Source: Myxococcota bacterium (GTDB lineage: Bacteria; Myxococcota_A; UBA9160; UBA4427). Taken from it: 64,000 bases of DNA. Location: NCBI GenBank assembly GCA_965250285.1, contig OZ252299.1:576001-640000 (forward strand), written 5' to 3'. The notes under the pieces were generated by a model, which saw only the letters and a program-made list of their open reading frames with translations, did not search any database and was not told where the DNA came from. A program made the position numbers and the translations under genes. How positions within the stretch are numbered: position 1 is the first letter of the stretch; every line of letters starts with the position of its first letter. Shown here in pieces: positions 19,901-28,093 of the stretch.

Positions 19901-20490
19901 CGGGCGAGCGCGGGTTCGCCGGTGGTCTCCACGTCGCTGGGATGATGCTGCTGGGCGCGCGGCCCTACGATCCGGCCATCGGTCGCTTCCTCGCGCCCGA
20001 TCCCGTCGACCACGTTCTGAACGACTTTGCGTACACCCGCGGCAACCCGGTTCATCTCTGGGATCCGGGTGGGACCCACGCGACGCCCGTCGGTGGCGCG
20101 CCCTCGCAGACGCCGGCCGGACAGGCCACGGTGACCGTCGGGGTCGGCTTCATGGCGATGGGGGCTTCGATGGCCGGCAACGCCGTGGCCGCCGGACCGC
20201 TCGCTGGGCAGTTCACCGCCACGGGCGTGATCATCTTCGTCGGGGGCGTGGTCTTGGTGTACGTCGGCACGGCCATGCTCGACTCGCCGGATCCGCCGAC
20301 CATGGCGCCCCCCGTGCCCCCACCGGCCGAATCGACCGATGCCCTGCCCGACGGTGACCTCGGCAGCGGATCGACGTGTTCTCCGGATGCGTTCCGACCG
20401 CGCACATCCGGGACGCCGCGGGCGGTGATCTGGCTGCTGCTCCTCGCAGCGGTCGTCGGCCTCATGCGCCGCGCCGAGGTGAGCGGCTAG
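16912..20490 (+). CDS. RHS/YD-repeat protein with N-terminal signal peptide and C-terminal CTERM-like membrane tail
   Basis: Many YD/FD/WD-xxG repeats; core RPYDPAIGRFLAPDP...YTRGNPVHLWDPGG; GGAGGG RBS; tail GSGSTCS...WLLLLAAVVGLMRR. Confidence 0.9.
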   Translation: MPRRSSFGRAVLGVWVVGVCLIAGIGCQGSSPEPRPGLVESERNAVERIGDVRVHLAHGNVSSDRVDLVLDTRVAPLVVGAVFNSATGHWAWRHDMRLAGGVFFDDSGAELDVGAVVDGAAIPGTHWVRVDETRIKTKGGLVHRFDPITGRLVEVHWSDGSYPALRYVADPSVPGRLDRIEQCVSAASCSVQLTIEYDAAGCVLAVVDRAGRTADYLHERLGATCRPLVARDPFDVERDLPGRRYAYGVAGRLRAIVNSEDERIELDWSGDNIARVRRVGHGDPEVRFGFVVDVGGRRTVAVKTTASGAVWVYEFDAEQRLSRMRSPEGDVVTQTWSGRRPTSRTDASGRVWRYDWVDDDLVRVEQPSGAAEVRVYAPGAVDRRHPERRPVLLVTDDLGTRQVRSFDASGRMISSRNGAGDTTHFEWDALGQLARATLPDGVVIEYHDYGEHGHAARVVRGEVEEVRLFDAVGNLEKGASVQGELGPGRPGLVRRRFDADRNVAEVVTVETALDDLTIAYRSTTITRRSDGRALHIARPYGGDEWFEYDAHGRLIERRERVDGVDRVTSIEFDIDARPKRSVLPNGMKTEVDWDRDGRLVRIEHTRPGTIWQWVTLTYAQGRVVEIGDSAYATPESIAHDVDGRVQRIDHASGGRSELEYDARGREVARRIIDPTTGGVAFEARRSYDGADRLVSTWIDGELLIERERVDGRPSAVRYGNGLTRTFAYHPATGELIESRTQDAAGVSVERTDLVRDAGYERLDVTVTSRILLAGPPGGAPIWHRALEVHRLRWGPTAYDGFPTPGPWLRMSSQNDILETPVADRVRFDALGNLDAFQPRGGPATEFTMNAERNRLLAGGFDATRTYATDEAGFVVSRDGVALGWTAGGRLASIGASVSLAWDARNRLRSRTIDGVTTRFGYGGRVEVDAVGRPIAAEIDGVGVALGSGARRYRHHDDRGNVLFVSDEQAAVVRRHVYAGFGERAVFDRDGTERAPGSGERGFAGGLHVAGMMLLGARPYDPAIGRFLAPDPVDHVLNDFAYTRGNPVHLWDPGGTHATPVGGAPSQTPAGQATVTVGVGFMAMGASMAGNAVAAGPLAGQFTATGVIIFVGGVVLVYVGTAMLDSPDPPTMAPPVPPPAESTDALPDGDLGSGSTCSPDAFRPRTSGTPRAVIWLLLLAAVVGLMRRAEVSG

Positions 20491-20530
20491 CGCGGTCGTG
20501 CGGGCGTCACCGGCGCGTTCGGTCGGCCGC

Positions 20531-21421
20531 TCACGGGCGTGCACGCCGCCAGGCGGTGTGCACGACGTGTGCGGCCGACCAGAACAGGTAGGTGGCCGGT
20601 GAGAGGACGGCCCTCGAGACGTCGACGATCGACGCCGGCCAGGCGCTTGGCGCGCCGAGCACGGCCATCGCACCCAGGCACAGCGCCAACGTCGGTGCAT
20701 GCAGTCGCAGCAGCGCGATGAGCTCGCTGCGAAGCCGGCCGCGCGCCCGGGCCCGTGCCACGATCAGGATCAGCCAGCTCACGAGGTGATGCAGCGTGAC
20801 CGCCGCGATCACGTCGGTCGCGTCGATTCGCGGCGAGAGATGAGGCGCCGCGAGCGCGAGCAAGCTGAGTCCGGCGGCGATCGCTGCGTCGGCGAAGAGG
20901 TCGCTTCGCCGCGTCGAGAGCGCCGCGATCGGCAGCGCGTCCTCGGGGCTCGACCGCCGCAGCGCGCGATCGTTCTCGACGGTGTGCCACGCCGACAGGG
21001 CGAGCAGACCCAGGGGCAGCGCCGGCGCGAATTGGCAGAGCTCGACGTAGGCCGCATACCCGGTGGCGAGCGTCGCCAGGGTGCCGAGCTTCGCGGCCGC
21101 CGCACGCGGGGGCTGCGCCGATGCAGGCCGGCGGCCACGCACGACGCTCGCGAGCAGGTGGCCGTAGCCGAGCGCGAAGACGACGTGCGAGTGGAGCGCG
21201 GCGCGGGCTTCGTTCTCGGGCTCGAGCCAGAGGCTGGCCGCCACCCAGCTCGTGGTCGCCGCGAGGGAGGCCTGGCTGATCCGCCGCCCGGCCGAGCCGG
21301 GTCGGCCGGGCGGGGTCGAACGGCTTCGGCTCGGGCGCTCGCGCCGCCATCCGAGGAAGGACCGCACGGAGCGTCGCCCGCTGCGCACCAGACGGTTCGC
21401 CCCGTTCGAGCCGGTGCGCAT
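20531..21421 (-). CDS. Hypothetical polytopic membrane protein with spaced His motifs
   Basis: TGATG overlap with the CPBP gene; motifs LGYGH, SAWHTVEND, TLHHLVSW, FWSAAHVVH between hydrophobic helices. Confidence 0.6.
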   Translation of the reverse strand: MRTGSNGANRLVRSGRRSVRSFLGWRRERPSRSRSTPPGRPGSAGRRISQASLAATTSWVAASLWLEPENEARAALHSHVVFALGYGHLLASVVRGRRPASAQPPRAAAAKLGTLATLATGYAAYVELCQFAPALPLGLLALSAWHTVENDRALRRSSPEDALPIAALSTRRSDLFADAAIAAGLSLLALAAPHLSPRIDATDVIAAVTLHHLVSWLILIVARARARGRLRSELIALLRLHAPTLALCLGAMAVLGAPSAWPASIVDVSRAVLSPATYLFWSAAHVVHTAWRRARP

Positions 21422-22089
21422 CAGAGCGCGGCCGCGTCGAAGCGCGGGGCGACGACCGCCACATTCAGGCCGACGTGCAGCGCCGTGCAGGGCGAGACGC
21501 GCCTCGTGGCCAGCCAGACGAGGCCGAGAGCGAGGCCGGCAAGGAAGGTGCCGAGCATCCGCACCGGCGTCGCGTGGGGCAGGGCGAAGCACGCCGCGCT
21601 CACCACGACCGCCGCCCATCGACCGACGCGCGGTTCGAGCGCGGCGAGCAGCCGACCCCGGTACAGCCACTCTTCGAATGCGGGCGCGAGCGCGAGGCAT
21701 GAGACGAGCTCGAACGCACACGGCGCTGCCGCGGCGTCGAGACGGGGCGTCGCGCCGGTCGCGGCGACGAAGGCGTACCACGTGGCGGCGCCGAGGGCGG
21801 GCTGGATGGCGACCCCGACCCACATGAACGCGAGGGCCTGGCCGATCAGACGGGTGGGGCATCGATGGCTCGGTTCGACGCGTGGGCACCGATGCGCGAT
21901 CCAGCCCAGCGCGATGGCGAACGAGAGGGCGACGCCGATGCAGCCGGGCCATGCGAGCTGAACCAGCGCGAGCTGGCACCAGACGACGCAGACGAGGACG
22001 CACGTGGCGCCGAGTCGGGGAGGGGGCGTGGGCATCACGCCCGTCGACGAAGCAAGCGCCGCGCCAAGCGCGACGCGGTGCAGCGCCAA
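21421..22089 (-). CDS. CPBP (CAAX/Abi) family intramembrane glutamic endopeptidase
   Basis: APAFEEWLYRG, FALPH, LHVGLN; start may be ATG 22035. Confidence 0.85.
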   Translation of the reverse strand: MALHRVALGAALASSTGVMPTPPPRLGATCVLVCVVWCQLALVQLAWPGCIGVALSFAIALGWIAHRCPRVEPSHRCPTRLIGQALAFMWVGVAIQPALGAATWYAFVAATGATPRLDAAAAPCAFELVSCLALAPAFEEWLYRGRLLAALEPRVGRWAAVVVSAACFALPHATPVRMLGTFLAGLALGLVWLATRRVSPCTALHVGLNVAVVAPRFDAAAL

Positions 22090-22152
22090 GCGCGGCGCTG
22101 TGTCGCGCTTGGCGCGACGCTGTGTCGCGGCAAGCGCTGCGCTGTGTCGCCG
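22065..22152. repeat. Four 22-bp tandem direct repeats
   Basis: Units at 22065, 22087, 22109, 22131; consensus CAAGCGCGACGCTGTGTCGCGC; GCTGTGTCGC exact in three units. Confidence 0.85.
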
Positions 22153-22271
22153 GGGAAGCGCGGTCGCGGGCTCACCTGTCCTCGAGCGGGCGTGAAACGG
22201 CGTTCACGCCCGGCGCCGCGCGCGATCCGTAGGGCACGGTTCGAGGCGGGCCGCCCGAGGCCCGCGGTGCT

Positions 22272-23072
22272 TCAGCCGAAGATCGCGGGGTCGACGTCGA
22301 CGCCGATTGGACAGTGGTCACTGCCCATGACGTCCATGTGGATGAAGGCGTTCTTCACGAACTTCATCGCGGCGGGCGAGGCCATGACGTAGTCGATGCG
22401 CCAGCCGACGTTGCGCTCTCGCACGCCGAAGCGCTGACTCCACCACGAGTAGTGGCCGCCTGCGGGCTCGAACGCGCGGAACGTGTCGATCCAGCCGGCG
22501 TCGATCCAGCGGTCGAGCTCGGCGCACTCTTCGGGCAGGAACCCGCTGGTCTTGCGGTTGTCCTTCGGGCGGGCGAGGTCGATCTCGCGATGCGCCGTAT
22601 TGAAGTCGCCCATCACGATCACGCGGTAGCCGCCGCGCCGCAGGCGCTGGAGCTTGTCGAAGAGCGCTGCGTACCAGTCGAGCTTGTAGGGCACGCGGCT
22701 GTTGTCGCGATCCTGACCACTGCCGTTCGGGAAGTAGCCGTTGGCGACGACCAGGCGGCCGAAGCGCGCGATCTGGACGCGCCCTTCGGCGTCGAAGCGA
22801 TCCTCACCGAGCGAGGTGTCGATGGCATCGGGCTTGCGCTTCGAGAAGAGCCCCACGCCGCTGTAGCCCTTTCGTTCGGCGGACGACACGTGCAGGTGGT
22901 AACCGCGCACGTCGGCCACCTCGTCGGGAATCTGCTCGCGGGTCGCGCGCACCTCCTGGATCCCGACGATCTCGCCGCGGCTGGCTGCGAGCCAATCGGC
23001 GAAACCCTTCTTGTGCGCCGAGCGAATGCCATTGACGTTCCACGAGTAGATGCGGGCGGCGCGGGGTGCCAT
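22272..23072 (-). CDS. xth: Exodeoxyribonuclease III / AP endonuclease
   Basis: SWNVNGIR, QE, GYSGV, YFPNG, GDFNTAH, GWRIDY, GSDHCP. Confidence 0.95.
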   Translation of the reverse strand: MAPRAARIYSWNVNGIRSAHKKGFADWLAASRGEIVGIQEVRATREQIPDEVADVRGYHLHVSSAERKGYSGVGLFSKRKPDAIDTSLGEDRFDAEGRVQIARFGRLVVANGYFPNGSGQDRDNSRVPYKLDWYAALFDKLQRLRRGGYRVIVMGDFNTAHREIDLARPKDNRKTSGFLPEECAELDRWIDAGWIDTFRAFEPAGGHYSWWSQRFGVRERNVGWRIDYVMASPAAMKFVKNAFIHMDVMGSDHCPIGVDVDPAIFG

Positions 23073-23165
23073 GTCGAGCGTGTTCTCCTGCGGCTGGATG
23101 GTTCGATGTCTTCGCCCGCGTGTCGTCCGAGTGGCGGCGGTTCGCGACCGTCTCGGCGACGGTGG

Positions 23166-25100
23166 CTAGCGGTCGTCGTGAGACAGGTACGTGTACTCGA
23201 GCAAGCCCTGCTCGTAGCGTCGCCGCAGCAACGCCGAGTCTTCGAGGCCGATCGCGCCCGACCGGAGCGCCTTCTCGATCGTGCGCCGCACCTTCTCGAC
23301 GAGCTCGCGCCGTTCGTACTGCACGTACGAGAGGACTTCGTCGACCGAGTCGCCGTCGACGACGTGCTCGACCACGACCTCCCGGTCGTCGTCGATGCGC
23401 AGATGCACGGCGTCGGTATCGCCGAACAGGTTGTGCAGGTCGCCGAGGATCTCCTGGTAGGCACCGGCGAGAAAGACGCCGACGTAGTACGGGGTGCCGT
23501 TCAGCGGATGCACTTCGAGGACCGGCTTTGCGCCTTCGGGATCGATGAACGAATCGATCTTGCCATCGCTGTCGCAGGTCAGGTCGGCCAGGACCGCGCG
23601 ACGGGTCGGGCGCTCGTCGAGGCGTTGGATCGGCATCACCGGAAAGAGCTGCTCGACCGCCCAGTGATCGGGGGCCGATTGGAAGACCGAGAAGTTGCCG
23701 TAGTACGTGTCGGCGAGGTCGCGGTCGAGGGTGGCGAGCTCTTCGGGCACCTCGTCGAGTGCCCTGAGCTCGGTGCGGATCTGGCCGCAGATGTGCAGAA
23801 AGAGATCGTCCGCGCGCCCGCGCGTCACGAGGTCGAGGTAGCCGAGCGCGAACGAGTTGACGGCTTCGTCGCGCAGGAGGAGCGCGTCGTGGTACGTCTC
23901 GAGCAGGTTGTCGGCCGCGAGCCCGTTCGCGCATGCCGCCAGGTCATGGAGCACGCGGTGATCGTCGGGCTGGACGTCCGTCGACGTCTGCTGCGGGACC
24001 ATTCCGTGGTGCCCGATGACGTCGAAGATCAGCACCGAGTGGTGGGCCGCGATCGCCCGACCCGCCTCGGTCACGATGTCGGGGTGGTCGATGCCTGCCT
24101 CGTCGCAGGCCGAGAGCAGTGTGTCGACGGCGTCGCGCGCGTACTCCTCGGCGCTGTAGTTCATCGACGAGTGCGAGTCGGTCTGGGTGCCGTCGTAGTC
24201 GACCCCCATCCCGCCGCCGATATCGACGTAGCGCAGGGCATCGGCGCCCATGGTGCGCAGGCCGACGAAGATGCGGCCCATCTCCCGCAGCGCCTCCTTG
24301 TGGGCGCGAATGTCCGTGATCTGCGAGCCGATGTGGTAGTGCACGAGCTCGAGGCAGTCGAGCATGCCGTCGGCCTGCAGGCGCGATACGGCCGCGATCA
24401 CCTCGCCGGGCGAGAGACCGAACTTCGAGCGCCGGCCCGACGACGCGAGCCACTTGCCGGCTCCCTGTGCCGAGAGCCGAACGCGCAGGCCGATGTGCGG
24501 GCGAATGCCGAGCTGCTGAGCGGTCTTCACGAGCAGCTCGATCTCGTCGAAGCGATCGATGACGATGATCGGCCGCCGGCCGAGGCGCTGGGCGAGCAGC
24601 GCCGTCTCGACATAGGCGCGGTCCTTGAAGCCGTTGCACACGATCATGCCGCCGGGCCGATCGAGGACGGCCAGCGCGATCAGCAGCTCGGGCTTGCTGC
24701 CGGCTTCGAGGCCGATCGCATGGGGGCCTTCGATCGCGACCAGCTCTTCGACGACGTGGCGCTGCTGATTGACCTTGATCGGGTACACGCTGTGATGTCG
24801 GCCGCGATAGCCGTAGGCCTCGATGGCCGCCGCGAAGTCGTCGTGGATGCGCCGTACCTGGCTGGTGAGGATGTCCGAGAAGCGCAGCAGCATCGGCGTG
24901 CGCAAGCCGCGCTGGCGCAGGTTCTCGACCGTCTCGACGAGGTCGATCTCGGCGTCTTCGCCGCGCTTCGGCCGCACGACGAGATGCCCCGCTGCGTTGA
25001 TGCCGAAGTAGCCATCGCTCCAGCGCTCGACGGAGTACGTATCGAGGCTGTCGCCGATCGTCCAGGGCGTCGTGCCGGTCGCGCGGCTGTCGTCGGCCAT
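23166..25100 (-). CDS. speA: Biosynthetic arginine decarboxylase
   Basis: VYPIKVNQ, GLEAGSKPEL, SKFGL, HYHIGSQI, DIGGGMGVDYDG, LADLTCDSDG, GAYQEILGDLHNLFGD. Confidence 0.97.
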   Translation of the reverse strand: MADDSRATGTTPWTIGDSLDTYSVERWSDGYFGINAAGHLVVRPKRGEDAEIDLVETVENLRQRGLRTPMLLRFSDILTSQVRRIHDDFAAAIEAYGYRGRHHSVYPIKVNQQRHVVEELVAIEGPHAIGLEAGSKPELLIALAVLDRPGGMIVCNGFKDRAYVETALLAQRLGRRPIIVIDRFDEIELLVKTAQQLGIRPHIGLRVRLSAQGAGKWLASSGRRSKFGLSPGEVIAAVSRLQADGMLDCLELVHYHIGSQITDIRAHKEALREMGRIFVGLRTMGADALRYVDIGGGMGVDYDGTQTDSHSSMNYSAEEYARDAVDTLLSACDEAGIDHPDIVTEAGRAIAAHHSVLIFDVIGHHGMVPQQTSTDVQPDDHRVLHDLAACANGLAADNLLETYHDALLLRDEAVNSFALGYLDLVTRGRADDLFLHICGQIRTELRALDEVPEELATLDRDLADTYYGNFSVFQSAPDHWAVEQLFPVMPIQRLDERPTRRAVLADLTCDSDGKIDSFIDPEGAKPVLEVHPLNGTPYYVGVFLAGAYQEILGDLHNLFGDTDAVHLRIDDDREVVVEHVVDGDSVDEVLSYVQYERRELVEKVRRTIEKALRSGAIGLEDSALLRRRYEQGLLEYTYLSHDDR

Positions 25101-25104
25101 GGCT

Positions 25105-26391
25105 CTACTCCGGCGCGTCGAGCGCCTGGTCGGTTTCTTCGCCGGTCGAGAGGTCGCGGCGTCGCGCCACGCCGCGGGCGACTTCGTCGGGGCCGAGCAG
25201 CCAGATGCGCGCCGCGCCGATGCGGTCGGCGTCGGCCATCGCGCGCTTGAGCTTGGGCGTCGCGAGCAGCAGCTCGACGCGGCGTCCGCGCTCGCGCAGC
25301 CGCTGCGCGAGGCCGATCGCTGCGCTGCGCTGCTCGTCGTCGAAGGCGAAGACGACGTCGTCCACCTGGCGCGGCAGCTCGGGCAGCTTGCCTTCGTCCT
25401 TCAAGAGCTCGGTGATCACGGCGTCGCCGAAGCCGAAGCCGACGGCCGGGATCGGCTTGCCACCGAGGGTCTCGGCGAGTCGGTCGTAGCGACCGCCCCC
25501 GCAGATCGCGCGCAGCTCGCCGCGCGCATCGAACGCCTCGAAGACGATGCCGGTGTAGTACGCCAGGCCGCGCACCACCGATGCGTCGAACACGACACGA
25601 TCGGCGATGCCGTACGCGGCCAGCAGCTCGAAGAGTCGGCGCATGTCGGCGAGCGCCGCGGAGCCCTCGGGTGCGTGTTTCGCTGCTTCGTCGAGATCGG
25701 AGACCTGCAGCAGCGCGACGACGTCGCTTGCCTCGGCTTTGTCGAGGCCGACGGCGCCCTTCGCGTCGGTCAGCAGGTCGACGACCGCGTCGGCGCCGAT
25801 CTTGTCGAGCTTGTCGATCACGACGCAGAGCGGCTCGAAGACCTCGGGTCGGCTGGCGAGCACACCCGCCCGCAGCGTCTCTTCGAGCAGCGCACGGCTG
25901 TTCAAGCGCACGAGCACCGTACCCGGCGCGAGGCCGAGCTGGTCGGTCGCCATGCAGATCGCCGCCAGCAGCTCGGCTTCGGCGGTGACGCCGGGTTCAC
26001 CCCAGATGTCCATGTTCCACTGGTAGTGCTCGCGGCGGCGGCCGCGGGTCATTCGCTCGTAGCGCCAGTTCTGCGTGATCGTGAACCACCGCACCGGCAT
26101 CCGCAGGGCGCCTGCGCGGCCGAGGATCATCCGGGCGATCGAGGGCGTCATCTCGGGCCGCAGCGCCAGGTGCCGACCGTGAATCTCGAAGTGATAGAGC
26201 TGGTCGACGATCTCCTCGCCGGCCTTGCGCGTGAAGAGCTCGGCGCTCTCGACGACGGGCGCGTCGACCTCTTCGAAGGCAAAGCGCCGCGCGACCTCGC
26301 GAAAGTGGTCGAACAGCCACTCTCGCTGGCGAAACTCGTCGGGCGCGAAGTCGCGCGTGCCTTTCGGGGGCTGCAATCCGACCTTGCTCAA
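25105..26391 (-). CDS. hisS: Histidine--tRNA ligase
   Basis: PKGTRDF, LRPEMTPS, RYER..RGRRREHYQ, VRGLAYYTG, GGGRYD; TTG start. Confidence 0.96.
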   Translation of the reverse strand: MSKVGLQPPKGTRDFAPDEFRQREWLFDHFREVARRFAFEEVDAPVVESAELFTRKAGEEIVDQLYHFEIHGRHLALRPEMTPSIARMILGRAGALRMPVRWFTITQNWRYERMTRGRRREHYQWNMDIWGEPGVTAEAELLAAICMATDQLGLAPGTVLVRLNSRALLEETLRAGVLASRPEVFEPLCVVIDKLDKIGADAVVDLLTDAKGAVGLDKAEASDVVALLQVSDLDEAAKHAPEGSAALADMRRLFELLAAYGIADRVVFDASVVRGLAYYTGIVFEAFDARGELRAICGGGRYDRLAETLGGKPIPAVGFGFGDAVITELLKDEGKLPELPRQVDDVVFAFDDEQRSAAIGLAQRLRERGRRVELLLATPKLKRAMADADRIGAARIWLLGPDEVARGVARRRDLSTGEETDQALDAPE

Positions 26392-26700
26392 CGGGCAGGC
26401 TCTCCGGGCGGATGGAACGGGCGGTGCGGAGGCGGCGGCCGGAGCAGGCGGAGCCAGGCTCGGACCGGCGGGCCAGAACGAGATCTCGGGGCTGGTTGGT
26501 CGACGCGGCCCATAGGTACCAAAGCCGAGGCGATCCCGCGCGGTGGCGCGACGCCTGGCGTTCGATTTTTGTGCGGGATCGCGGGCGGTTGGACGGGTTC
26601 CGAATCGATCGGCCCGGCCGTGTCGGTCGGCGCGGGGCGGCGGCCGACGTGAAGCGATGCGGTGGGGCTGCTACACCCCCGGGACATCATGGAGGGTGCC

Positions 26701-28071
26701 ATGGACCGGTCCCGGTCAGACGAGGTTCTTCTTTCTTCTATTGCTCGTCGCGGCTGCGCGGTCTGCGCGATCGCGGCGGCGCTCGCGCTCGCGGTGGGCT
26801 GCGGCGGTGAGGCCGAGAAGCCCGCGGCGAAGCCGGCCGCCGAGAAGGGCGCCGAGGCGGCGGGGCAGCCCGCGACGCCCGCCCCCTCCGACAAGCCGGT
26901 GGTCGAGACGCCCGACGATCTCCCGTACGCCCTCGTGCTGGGGCTGGCTCAGTTCGAGGCCCGCAAGCCGGGCTCGAAGTCGATGCCCGAGCCCCTGCCC
27001 GCGACGATGGAGTTCCTCGTGCGCAAGAACGGCGAGTGGGTGCACTCGAGCATCGCCGACCCCGACAGCAACGTGATCCACAAGGCGATGGCCTATCCCG
27101 TGGACGGCGAGGATCGACTGCTCGCGGCCGCCGGCTCGAAGGCGACGCTGCGCCTCTGGAACGGCGGCGAGGTCGACACCACGATCTGGGAGAAGGACTT
27201 CGGCGGCAAGTTCTCGCGCATGCGCGACATCGAGATCGCCGACCTGTACGGCGACGGGCAGATGGCGATCGCGATCGCGACGCATGACCAGGGTGTCGTC
27301 GCCACCGCACGCCCCGACGGATCGGGCGGCTTCATCATCGAAGAGCTCGACCAGGAGCCCGACACGTTCGTTCACGAGATCGAGATCGGTGACCTCGATG
27401 GCGATGGTGTGCTCGAGATCTACTCGACGCCGAGCGAGCCGAATCGCCTCGACGGCAGCGAGCAGTCGGGGGTCGTCAAGCGCTACGTGCCGGCCCAGGG
27501 CACGCCGGGCGAGGTGGCCGCCGATCTCGGTGACCGCCACGCGAAGGAGATCCTCGTCGACGACGTCGATGGTGACGGAGTCGACGAGCTCTACGTGCTC
27601 GTCGAGGGCAAGATCGACAAGGACACCAAGAAGCTGAAGGAGGGCGTTCAGATCCTCCGCTTCGAGGGCGACACCCCGGCCGATGGGGGCGTCGTGATCG
27701 CCACCATCGACGACCGCCTCGGTCGGTTCCTGACCGCAGGCGACTTCACCGGCGACGGCAAGAAAGAGATCGTCGCGGCGCTCTTCAGCCAGGGGCTCTG
27801 GATGCTGAGCCCGGGCGATGACCCGAACGCGCCGTGGACGAAGACGCTGATCGACCGCCGCTCGGGTGGCTTCGAGCACGCCGCGATCCTCGCCGACCTC
27901 GACGGGGACGGCGTCGACGAGCTCTACGTCGCGAGCGACAACGACAACGAGGTGCGGCGCTACGTCTGGGTCGACGGCAAGCCGGTGCGCGAGGTGATCT
28001 ACAAGCGCACGAGCGGCAACAGCGTCTTCACCTGGAACATCATGCCCATCCCGGTCGAGCTCGTGCCCTGA
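26701..28071 (+). CDS. FG-GAP/VCBS-like repeat lipoprotein (beta-propeller)
   Basis: Lipobox-like LAVGC; repeated DxDGDG motifs (DLYGDG, DLDGDG, DVDGDG, DFTGDG, DLDGDG). Confidence 0.8.
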   Translation: MDRSRSDEVLLSSIARRGCAVCAIAAALALAVGCGGEAEKPAAKPAAEKGAEAAGQPATPAPSDKPVVETPDDLPYALVLGLAQFEARKPGSKSMPEPLPATMEFLVRKNGEWVHSSIADPDSNVIHKAMAYPVDGEDRLLAAAGSKATLRLWNGGEVDTTIWEKDFGGKFSRMRDIEIADLYGDGQMAIAIATHDQGVVATARPDGSGGFIIEELDQEPDTFVHEIEIGDLDGDGVLEIYSTPSEPNRLDGSEQSGVVKRYVPAQGTPGEVAADLGDRHAKEILVDDVDGDGVDELYVLVEGKIDKDTKKLKEGVQILRFEGDTPADGGVVIATIDDRLGRFLTAGDFTGDGKKEIVAALFSQGLWMLSPGDDPNAPWTKTLIDRRSGGFEHAAILADLDGDGVDELYVASDNDNEVRRYVWVDGKPVREVIYKRTSGNSVFTWNIMPIPVELVP

Positions 28072-28093
28072 CCCGCGTGCGCGCGTCGGCGTG

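Noticed and set aside
22065..22152. Possible CRISPR array
   Set aside because: Repeats are directly adjacent with no spacers, and there are no cas genes in the window
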